Assembly (NCBI GenBank): GCA_012689375.1
Contig: JAAZLO010000088.1
Coordinates: 1,731 to 65,730, forward strand
From: Bacillota bacterium
Lineage (GTDB): Bacteria; Bacillota; SHA-98; UBA4971
DNA length: 64,000 bases
Direction of reading: 5' to 3'
The position numbers and the translations under genes were made by a program. The notes under the pieces are model-generated. The model made no database searches. It was not told the DNA's origin and saw only the letters and a list, made by a program, of their open reading frames with translations. Every line of letters starts with the position of its first letter. Positions within the stretch are counted from its first letter, which is position 1. This document shows, in pieces, positions 56,405 to 64,000 of the stretch.

Positions 56405-56594
56405 CAGATGCAATCCTTCTTCTCTCCCTCCGGCAGGATTGTCTGAATTATAACACAAAAGACACCGCCCTATCGAGGGTAAACACCAGGTAAACATAGG
56501 AATTAATATGAACCGCCTAATTATTTATTAGGGCAATTAGGAATTTAAGGAGACATAAGAAGGGTGGTTAACCGAAGTATCCCTCTATTTGTAC

Positions 56595-57251
56595 CTAGAA
56601 AACAGATGCACATATTCTACGGAGGTGCTGAATTTTTTCGTCCGGGACATCAGACTTAAAAATATGACTGCCGGAAACCAATACATTAGCTCCCGCCTTT
56701 ACTGCAACAGCTGCTGTGGTATCATTAATTCCGCCATCTACCTCCAGCGCAATATCCTTCCCGGTTTTTTGTATCATCTCTTTTACTTTCTTAATCTTTG
56801 GTACCATTTCAGGGATAAAGGACTGCCCTCCGAACCCGGGATTTACTGTCATAATTAAAACGAGATCCACCATATCAATAACATGTTCTATCATAACGAC
56901 AGGAGTTGCAGGGCAAAGAGCGACCCCCGATAGGCACCGGGCATCTCTTATAGCCTTAATAGTTCTGTGAAGGTGGTGTGAGGCTTCTACATGGACAGTA
57001 ATAATTGAACTGCCTGCTTCGGCAAAAGCCTGGATATAACGATCAGGCTTTTCAATCATAAGATGGACATCTAAGGGAATACAAGTTGATTGTTTTAGGC
57101 TATTTACAACAGGAAGACCTATTGTAATGTTTGGGACAAAATGACCGTCCATTATATCTACATGAATCAGATCAGCACTCCCCACTTTTTTTACTGATTC
57201 TGCCAGGTTTGCAAAATCTGCCGACAGTATTGACGGGGCTATCTTAATCAT
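56595..57251 (-). CDS. rpe: Ribulose-phosphate 3-epimerase
   Basis: Motifs IAPSILSADF and HVDIMDGHFVPNIT. Confidence 0.96.
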   Translation of the reverse strand: MIKIAPSILSADFANLAESVKKVGSADLIHVDIMDGHFVPNITIGLPVVNSLKQSTCIPLDVHLMIEKPDRYIQAFAEAGSSIITVHVEASHHLHRTIKAIRDARCLSGVALCPATPVVMIEHVIDMVDLVLIMTVNPGFGGQSFIPEMVPKIKKVKEMIQKTGKDIALEVDGGINDTTAAVAVKAGANVLVSGSHIFKSDVPDEKIQHLRRICASVF

Positions 57252-58138
57252 TGTCTGTTTCCCCTTCCTTCCCTTTCCATTATTTCCAACAGGATTTTAA
57301 TGTAATTATCATAACGAAGTTGAGGAATCAGGCCTGTTTCCATTGCCTCTTTTACACCGCATCCAGGCTCTTTATAATGAACACAGGTAGTAAATCTACA
57401 ATTATTCATTGGTATTCTAAATTCGGGAAAAAGGAATCCCAGAGACCTGCTGTCAACCCTATTAAGATCCAGTCTGGAAAAGCCTGGGGTATCAGCTACA
57501 TAGCCCGTGGGCCCAATCTGAAGAAGATGGGCATATCGCGTAGTATGCCTTCCGTGGCCTGTTCTTTCGCTAACTTCACCGGTTTTAAGCCTGAGCCCGG
57601 GTTCTAAAGCATTAAGAAGCGCCGATTTTCCAGCGCCTGACGGTCCCGCAAATACCGAAAGGTTTCCAGAAAGGGCTTTTCTTAGCTTTGTTATTCCCCA
57701 CCCCGCCCTTGCACTGGTTTTAATTATTTCATAATTTGCATTCCTATATGGTTTCGCCAGTTTGTCGACGGCGTACCTACTGGCAAGATCAATCTTATTA
57801 AAGCATATCACAATATCTAAACAATCTGCTTCAACTGCCACGAGAATTCTATCAAGTAATTCGATGTTAGGGGGTGGTTCCTGGCATGCTATAACAACAA
57901 CGACCTGATCCACGTTTGCTACAGGAGGACGCGTGAGGTACGTTTTCCGGGGGAGTATATCCTCAATAACCCCATACAAACCCTTGGAATCCGTGATTTT
58001 AAATGAGACAATATCACCTACAAGGACATTTTTGTCTTCTTTACGAAACTTACCACGCAAGCTACAATGAACGATTCCATCTTCATGCTTGACAAAATAG
58101 TGGCCTGAATACGCCTTAATAACACGCCCTTCCGGCAT
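57248..58138 (-). CDS. rsgA: Ribosome small-subunit-dependent GTPase A
   Basis: Motif GPSGAGKSALLNAL plus a C-terminal zinc knuckle CRFTTCVHYKEPGC. Confidence 0.95.
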   Translation of the reverse strand: MPEGRVIKAYSGHYFVKHEDGIVHCSLRGKFRKEDKNVLVGDIVSFKITDSKGLYGVIEDILPRKTYLTRPPVANVDQVVVVIACQEPPPNIELLDRILVAVEADCLDIVICFNKIDLASRYAVDKLAKPYRNANYEIIKTSARAGWGITKLRKALSGNLSVFAGPSGAGKSALLNALEPGLRLKTGEVSERTGHGRHTTRYAHLLQIGPTGYVADTPGFSRLDLNRVDSRSLGFLFPEFRIPMNNCRFTTCVHYKEPGCGVKEAMETGLIPQLRYDNYIKILLEIMEREGRGNRQ

Positions 58139-58153
58139 TTACCGCCCTCCCTG

Positions 58154-60085
58154 TTATCCTTTGGGAATCCATTCGTCCCTGTAAAGGACCCCCCCAATAT
58201 AAACCCTTATCCTCATATTTCGTCCCCAGGCGTTGACTTGTTTTTCTATTCGTTCCCCCGGGTTATGAGTACCTACATAATAATCTCTTTCACCATAATA
58301 ATCATTAATACGAATTTTAATTTCCTGTGCCTCTGTCCCGGGGGGTACAGTGATCGTGACTAAACTTGAAATAGGTGTAATAGCATCGAGAAGTGATGAT
58401 GTCTCCTGAGTTTTCCCTACAATAAAATCTATGGCTGAACCCATTGCCACAAGCTGTCCGGGTTCAGGAGATTGCCTAAATATTATTCCAGGCTGCGAAT
58501 TTGTGTGGGCCTCCTCAGTAACCCGGCCTTTCGTTAAACCGGAGTTAGCTAAAAGGGATTCGGCCTCAGCCATGCTCATCCCGGAAAAATCCTGGACTGC
58601 AATTAGTAACGGTTCAGGTCCGTCACTGATTACTAATTCAATAGGGGTTCCCTTTTCTACAAGAGTCCCTGCAACAGGAGACTGGGATGCAATTTGATTT
58701 GGTTTGACCTTATCACTATAATCTCTGGATTGGACACCCGGGATAAGTTCCGTCCTTTCGAGGGCTAAGAACGCCTCACGAAGATTCATATTCGTCAGAT
58801 CCGGGACTTCCACAGTTTCCTTTCCCAGGCTTACAATTAAGGTAATTTTGCTGTTCATCTTTACTTTTTCGTAAGCTGCAGGACGTTGCGAAATTATCCG
58901 ATCAGGAGGAACTGTTTCATCATATCGTTTTTCAGGTGAATCCAGGCGTACATGACCGCTTTCCGCAAGGATTTTGGCTTCTTCAAAAGTCTTTCCTGAA
59001 AAATCCGGCACTCTGACTTCTTCAACATAAAGCCACTCAGGTAACATGATGAAAATACCGATTGCGAGTGCCAGTAAAGCGGAAATAATAAATAATGTTA
59101 TGAGGATAGTGCGCCGTAGGTTAGTCTTTTTTTGTTTACGTCTCACTATAGTCTCCTCCATATCAGCCTCTGGCTCCAACGGAGATGATAGAATCTGTGT
59201 AGGCAGATCCGCAACAGCAGGCTCATTATTCGTACTACCATTATTATGGACAATATTATAATCATTACCTGGAAAGGCATATGGCTCTAAAGCCCGCATC
59301 ATTTGCTTCGCATCCTGATAACGATGTAAAGGGTTTTTCTTCAGGGCTTTCAACACTATCTGTTCAAGGCCTTTGGGAATCCCCGGGTTAAGCTTCGTAG
59401 GGGGTGTTACAGTAGTCTGAAGATGTTGAAGGGCTATGGAAATTGGGCTCTCACCTTTAAAGGGGACAGTCCCGGTCAACATTTCATACAAGACAACACC
59501 CAATGAATATATATCAGACTGGGCTTCAACTGCATCTCCCCGTGCCTGTTCCGGTGAAAAATAATTTACCGTGCCGATGATTGTCCCTGTTTCAGTCAGG
59601 GCGGATGTACTTAAAGCCCTTGCAATACCGAAGTCAGCCACTTTAACCCTTTCGTTTGATGCTACCATAACATTGTGAGGTTTAATATCCCTATGCACTA
59701 TCCCATTTTCATGGGCGTGTTGGAGTGCAGCAAGGATTTGCCATGCTATTCGCGCAGCCTTTTGTGGTTCTAAATAACCGGATTTGCAAATAGCCCCCTT
59801 TAGGCTGGTGCCACACACATATTCCATAACAATATAGTAATGGTCTCCGTCCCTGCCTACATCATATATGCTGACAATATTGGGGTGGGAAAGGCCTGCA
59901 GCAGCCTGTGCTTCTCTACGAAAGCGTTCAACAAATTCGTCATTTGATGCGAATTGGGGCCGCAGGACTTTTACGGCAACTATTCGGTTCAATATTAAAC
60001 AATGGGCTTTATATACCTGCGCCATCCCACCTGAACCCAGTTTGGAAAGTATCTTGTATCTTTTACCAAGACTCTCTCCTATCAT
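58154..60085 (-). CDS. prkC: Ser/Thr protein kinase PrkC with PASTA repeats
   Basis: Hanks kinase motifs (HRDIKPHN, DFG), one TM helix, three PASTA-like repeats and a C-terminal extra domain. Confidence 0.94.
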   Translation of the reverse strand: MIGESLGKRYKILSKLGSGGMAQVYKAHCLILNRIVAVKVLRPQFASNDEFVERFRREAQAAAGLSHPNIVSIYDVGRDGDHYYIVMEYVCGTSLKGAICKSGYLEPQKAARIAWQILAALQHAHENGIVHRDIKPHNVMVASNERVKVADFGIARALSTSALTETGTIIGTVNYFSPEQARGDAVEAQSDIYSLGVVLYEMLTGTVPFKGESPISIALQHLQTTVTPPTKLNPGIPKGLEQIVLKALKKNPLHRYQDAKQMMRALEPYAFPGNDYNIVHNNGSTNNEPAVADLPTQILSSPLEPEADMEETIVRRKQKKTNLRRTILITLFIISALLALAIGIFIMLPEWLYVEEVRVPDFSGKTFEEAKILAESGHVRLDSPEKRYDETVPPDRIISQRPAAYEKVKMNSKITLIVSLGKETVEVPDLTNMNLREAFLALERTELIPGVQSRDYSDKVKPNQIASQSPVAGTLVEKGTPIELVISDGPEPLLIAVQDFSGMSMAEAESLLANSGLTKGRVTEEAHTNSQPGIIFRQSPEPGQLVAMGSAIDFIVGKTQETSSLLDAITPISSLVTITVPPGTEAQEIKIRINDYYGERDYYVGTHNPGERIEKQVNAWGRNMRIRVYIGGVLYRDEWIPKG

Positions 60086-60115
60086 TTTTACACCTCACCT
60101 GCTAAACGCTCAGGT

Positions 60116-60820
60116 CTAAGTGCCGGTAAATACAGCAATAACAGTAACATTATCATATCCGCCATTTTGATTTGCAAGAGTCACAAGTCTGTCTACAACT
60201 GCCGCGGGGGCTTGCTCAGACCGGACTATATTCAATATATCAGAATCATTTATAACTCCGGAAAGCCCGTCTGTACATAGAATAAAACGATCCCCCGGTT
60301 TAATCCTCTCTTTTATTATTTCTATGTCAACTGTCGGTAATGTACCTACAGCCCGGGTCAAAAGGTTACGCTGGGGATGGACTCTTGCTTCACTTTCAGT
60401 CAATGCCCCCATTTTTACAAGCCCGGCAACGACAGAGTCATCCTCTGTCAATTGATATATGACTTTGTCCCTTATCAGGTATGCCCGACTGTCTCCTACA
60501 TGCCCGATATAAGCTGTACAATCCTGGATAAACAGTGCAGTCAAAGTCGTGCCCATGCCTTTACAACCACGCTCATTTTCGGAATACCGATAAATAGTGG
60601 TGTTAATCTTCTGGAATGCTTCCCTGAGTTTGTCTACTGGGTTTCCTTGGCCCAAAAAGGGGTATTCCCCAAGCATGTCCACTGCCATTTTGCTGGCGAT
60701 TTCGCCTGCCTCATGCCCACCGAGGCCATCAGCGACGGCAAATAAAACATCACCTAATAGGTAACTGTCTTCGTTTACCGCTCTTACCAACCCTACATCA
60801 GTACGGGCGGAGGCCTCCAT
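60116..60820 (-). CDS. prpC: PP2C-family Ser/Thr phosphatase (Stp/PrpC)
   Basis: TDVGLVRAVNEDS, ADGLGGH and DNVTVI motifs. The start was set at ATG 60820; the track's 60883 start overlaps rlmN and lacks an RBS. Confidence 0.92.
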   Translation of the reverse strand: MEASARTDVGLVRAVNEDSYLLGDVLFAVADGLGGHEAGEIASKMAVDMLGEYPFLGQGNPVDKLREAFQKINTTIYRYSENERGCKGMGTTLTALFIQDCTAYIGHVGDSRAYLIRDKVIYQLTEDDSVVAGLVKMGALTESEARVHPQRNLLTRAVGTLPTVDIEIIKERIKPGDRFILCTDGLSGVINDSDILNIVRSEQAPAAVVDRLVTLANQNGGYDNVTVIAVFTGT

Positions 60821-60873
60821 ATAACCCACCCCCGTTAAACAGTTTCCAACACGAAGTATAACCTTGAATTGTC

Positions 60874-61905
60874 TCACCTGCAATACCTGCGCCTCAACTG
60901 GCCGCAGGCTGCGTTAACATCCAAGCCTAAACCCCTTCTGACAGTGACAGGAATGGATGCAGCTTTAAGTATATTTCTAAATTTGTTTATTCGGGTGCTT
61001 GTCGATCTTATGTATCCCTTCCCGATCACGGGATTCAGAGGTATCAGATTCACATGACCTGATCGTTTTTGAAGTAAATCAACAAGCCTGTATGCATCTG
61101 AGTCACTGTCGTTAATGTCTCGGATCAACGCGTATTCAAAGGTAACCCTCCTGCCTGTACGTTCCTGAAAGTAAGCGGCTGCATTCATAAGCTGTTTGAT
61201 AGGATACTGCCGATTTATCGGCATTAGTTTTTGTCTGATATCGTCTGTTGCTGCATGCAAAGAAACAGAGAGAGTCACAGGTATTCCTTCCTCGGCAAGT
61301 CTCTTTATCCCGGGGATTAAGCCGCATGTAGATATGGTCATACGCCGAAAACTAATCCCTAATCCTTCCTTAGAATTAAATATCCTTAGCGCCTGAATGG
61401 AGGCTTCGTAATTATCCAGGGGTTCCCCAACACCCATAAGAACTATATTTCTAATATTGATGTTATCCTGTATCAGATCTTCGCGAATCCGGAGAGCTTC
61501 ATCTGTTATTTCAGATGCAGTGAGATTCCTAATAAAACCGGACATTCCTGACGCACAAAAGGAACAAGCCATTTTACAACCGATTTGTGTAGAAAGACAA
61601 GCAGTAACGCCGTACCCATATTTCATTCTTACGGCTTCCACTGCATTATTATCATGTGTTTCCAGTAGGTATTTAACTGTACCCTTTCTGCCCTTATCCT
61701 TTGATCGGACATTAAGACATGTTATATATGATGTTCTTTCAAGCTCTTCCCGGAATGTAAGCGGTAAATTTTTCATATCCTGAAAGGAACATACCCCATG
61801 TTTATGAATCCACGAAAATATCTGATCGCCTCTGTAGGCAGGCTCCCCCAGGGATATGACAAAATTACATAAATCATTAGGCAGAAGCCCTTTAATATCC
61901 TTCAT
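60874..61905 (-). CDS. rlmN: 23S rRNA/tRNA (adenine-C2)-methyltransferase RlmN (radical SAM)
   Basis: CKMACSFC radical-SAM CX3CX2C motif, GEPL, and the typical 343-aa length. Confidence 0.94.
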   Translation of the reverse strand: MKDIKGLLPNDLCNFVISLGEPAYRGDQIFSWIHKHGVCSFQDMKNLPLTFREELERTSYITCLNVRSKDKGRKGTVKYLLETHDNNAVEAVRMKYGYGVTACLSTQIGCKMACSFCASGMSGFIRNLTASEITDEALRIREDLIQDNINIRNIVLMGVGEPLDNYEASIQALRIFNSKEGLGISFRRMTISTCGLIPGIKRLAEEGIPVTLSVSLHAATDDIRQKLMPINRQYPIKQLMNAAAYFQERTGRRVTFEYALIRDINDSDSDAYRLVDLLQKRSGHVNLIPLNPVIGKGYIRSTSTRINKFRNILKAASIPVTVRRGLGLDVNAACGQLRRRYCR

Positions 61906-62023
61906 TCGGATTCCCCCTGTGGTTCAGCCGGGTTTATTTCCATGATATCCCCTTCCCATATTCAAATAAAGCATTATTAATGTTCCTTACGCTATTATAG
62001 ACTGTATTGGGGAGGATTGTCAT

Positions 62024-62632
62024 ATGAGTGTGTATCTTTATCTTGTCCGCCACGGTATTACGTCTTGGAATAAACTTGGGAAATATCAGGGACATTGTGA
62101 TTTACCTTTGTCGGAAGAAGGCAGACAACAGGCTGAAAAATGTGCAGCCCGTCTCCAAAGTTCAAAAATTGCCGCTGTATACTCCAGTGATCTTTCCAGA
62201 GCGATGGATACTGCGTATTTCATAGCAAAACCCCACGGATTATCGGTAACCAGCAAGACAGAATTCCGTGAGATAGACGTCGGGGATTGGGAGGGCAGGA
62301 GCTTCGGAGAAATTAAACATAATGAATGTTTTAAAGCCTGGTCACAGGACACAATAAACAACCCTATCCCTGGAGGTGAGTCATATGCCCAGCTCAGAGA
62401 TAGGGTTATACCGAAAGTCGTAGAGCTTATTAAATTCCATAAGGGCTCATCCTTGTGCATCGTAAGTCATAGTGGCCCTATAAAATTAATCATCTGCCAC
62501 GCCCTTGGTATTGATCCCCCCGGGCGCCACAGGTTTGAATTAGCAAATGCCGGTATAAGCGCAATTACATATACCGATGAAACCTTTATGAAAGTATCCT
62601 TTCTCAATGATACATGTCATCTGTTTACTTAA
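62024..62632 (+). CDS. Histidine phosphatase family protein (PGM/CobC-like)
   Basis: RHG motif (LVRHGITSWN) and a downstream SH motif (IVSHSGP). Confidence 0.85.
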   Translation: MSVYLYLVRHGITSWNKLGKYQGHCDLPLSEEGRQQAEKCAARLQSSKIAAVYSSDLSRAMDTAYFIAKPHGLSVTSKTEFREIDVGDWEGRSFGEIKHNECFKAWSQDTINNPIPGGESYAQLRDRVIPKVVELIKFHKGSSLCIVSHSGPIKLIICHALGIDPPGRHRFELANAGISAITYTDETFMKVSFLNDTCHLFT

Positions 62633-63704
62633 TAACAATCCCAAGCACTGCAACAAGGCCTAACAGGACTTTAAGGAGCCCGTTTTCTTTCCGTAACCCA
62701 TCGAGTTCCCTTGATGTCTGTGCTTTATGTATAGCAAAATCCGACGATAAATCCGTCAATCCACTTTCTAAGGATGTGTAGGTAGAGACTCTAGCATCTC
62801 TCTCACTCTTTAGTGCATCTTCAAGGCTTAAAGTCTTTTTACGGACATCATCTAAATCTTGGGTGAGATTCTCATCTCTAATTTCGAATTTGGATGAGAG
62901 CCCGGAGACTTCTTCCCCTAACTGATCAATTGCATTTCGCGATGAAATGATTTCATCAGCTTGCTCCCTTACAACAAGGGAAATATCAGCAATATCCTTC
63001 TCCATTCCTACCACATCAGATTCAAGGGATGTAAGCTTAAGGGTAGCCGCTCCGAGGTTCTCCCTGATTTGGCCAAGCTTTTCTTCGTGAGCATTGGCTT
63101 CAATTTTAAGTAATTCTAAATCGGATCCCAGCTCGTATGCGAGTTCATGGGTATCGGCAATGCTTTGTGTAAGCTCATTCTCCATTTGGGTAACACGCAG
63201 GCTAAGTCTTTCCACATCCCCTATTATCTCAGAGATAATTTTATCCGCTTCTGCCTTCATTTCACGTTGGGTGAAAGTGAGTCTGGCAATATCCTCCTTT
63301 GTCACCTGCCTGGCTTTATCATGTTCGTCTATAGTCTTTTTAAAAATATCCAACTCAGTGCCTATAAGGACAAGCTCTTCGCGAAATTCACCAGAGAGCC
63401 TCCTTAATAATTCAATATCTTCCGGGGTCGCACCAATACGCCCGGAATCAATTTCACTCAGGACTCTTGCTATTACCACAGCGAGTGTATATCTGTCCAC
63501 AGGCTTTGTACCTTGAAATGTACCGTCACCGTATAAACCCAGATACCCTTTATCAACAAGTAATTTAACAGATTGATATGCCCAATGTTCCTTTGGTACA
63601 TCCTTGACATTCACCCCCGCACCGTAGCAAGGGACAAGACCGGCTATAAGGGATACCAATACCACACAAGATATCGCAGCCAGACGCAGTTTTCCGATTA
63701 ACAT
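62625..63704 (-). CDS. SLH-domain / long coiled-coil protein with a C-terminal TM helix
   Basis: Signal peptide and one SLH module (VKDVPKEHWAYQSVKLLVDKGYLGLYGDGTFQGTKPVDRYTLAVVIARVL). About 250 aa of heptad-like E/L/K-rich sequence follows, then a C-terminal LLKVLLGLVAVLGIVIK. Confidence 0.75.
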   Translation of the reverse strand: MLIGKLRLAAISCVVLVSLIAGLVPCYGAGVNVKDVPKEHWAYQSVKLLVDKGYLGLYGDGTFQGTKPVDRYTLAVVIARVLSEIDSGRIGATPEDIELLRRLSGEFREELVLIGTELDIFKKTIDEHDKARQVTKEDIARLTFTQREMKAEADKIISEIIGDVERLSLRVTQMENELTQSIADTHELAYELGSDLELLKIEANAHEEKLGQIRENLGAATLKLTSLESDVVGMEKDIADISLVVREQADEIISSRNAIDQLGEEVSGLSSKFEIRDENLTQDLDDVRKKTLSLEDALKSERDARVSTYTSLESGLTDLSSDFAIHKAQTSRELDGLRKENGLLKVLLGLVAVLGIVIK

Positions 63705-63736
63705 TTAACCCCCTCCAATTATAATCAAATATTTTT

Positions 63737-64000
63737 TTATTTGCCGGTGACAATTACGGATCCCTCTTTGATTGAGGAGATTGCAATTTCCCCCGCTTTT
63801 CCGGAAACGGATATATCCTCAAGAAGGATATGACTCTCTCCTACGGCTTTCGCTCTGAAGCCGATAGTCGCTAATTCACCGGTAATATCCATGGTTTGGG
63901 TCAGGCATCCATAAACGTTAGTTAAGAGCCCCACGTGGTTGTCAATCACCCCCTCATTCCACCGGGACATCCCTGTATCCTCAACAAAAGCTGTCCCCCT
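63737..64000 (-). CDS. Partial ORF, possibly a cohesin-like/Ig-like beta-sandwich domain protein (5' end may lie off the window)
   Basis: The frame stays open from 63970 to the window edge (RGTAFVEDTG-MSRW...). The C-terminal LATIGFRAKAVGESHILLEDISVS...GSVIVTGK resembles a cohesin-type domain. The assignment is weak. Confidence 0.35.
   Translation of the reverse strand, partial: RGTAFVEDTGMSRWNEGVIDNHVGLLTNVYGCLTQTMDITGELATIGFRAKAVGESHILLEDISVSGKAGEIAISSIKEGSVIVTGK

Noticed and set aside
1-64000. CRISPR arrays, transposases, integrases, prophage genes, toxin-antitoxin pairs and known defence-system genes.
   Set aside because: I saw no regularly spaced direct repeats and no ORF with recombinase, nuclease or defence signatures. 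Every ORF above about 100 aa that does not overlap a called gene is accounted for by the features listed.

Overview
This 64-kb chromosomal segment looks like it comes from an endospore-forming Firmicute (Clostridia-like; GC roughly low-to-mid 40s percent by eye). It holds about 66 protein genes and one tRNA, and more than 90% of the genes are on the minus strand.

Core region (17-62 kb), listed in window order:
- ddh-rluD-lgt-lspA, a YteA/YlyA-like DksA zinc-finger gene, DUF5665, sepF and ylmE.
- The sporulation sigma cluster spoIIGA-sigE, with the neighbouring sigG-spoIIR-ymxH block inverted onto the plus strand.
- A complete dcw cluster: ftsZ-ftsA-sbp-DUF881-ftsQ-murA-murB-murC-murG-ftsW-mraY-murF-murE-PBP-ftsL-rsmH-mraZ. 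murD is missing from it.
- A GNAT gene, then spoVS-ymdB-orphan-rny-recX-recA-thpR-cinA.
- A short FtsH-like protease with a small membrane protein, then rpe-rsgA-prkC-stp-rlmN.

Accessory/metabolic region (1-17 kb):
- A LolA-like protein (partial), dinB and an orphan pduL.
- A tandem P-loop ATPase, a PucR-type regulator, DUF917 and a TRAP transporter.
- A soluble SdhA-like flavoprotein with a stand-alone 2Fe-2S subunit.
- An MBL-fold hydrolase, a lone tRNA-Trp, an NSS transporter and a glucoamylase-like protein.

The right edge carries a histidine phosphatase, an SLH-coiled-coil-TM protein and a partial cohesin-like ORF.

I found no CRISPR array, transposase, integrase, or recognisable defence or toxin-antitoxin module.

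The most interesting candidates, all modest and inference-based, are:
- The PucR/DUF917/TRAP/flavoprotein-2Fe2S module, whose substrate is unknown.
- A 28-bp perfect inverted repeat at 12.9 kb.
- The inverted sigG-spoIIR-ymxH block.
- The absence of murD from the dcw cluster.
- The rny locus: a structured leader, a probable non-canonical start codon and an orphan acidic ORF between rny and ymdB.
- The SLH-coiled-coil-TM tether protein.

All functional calls come from reading the translated ORFs and recognising motifs. No database searches were run.
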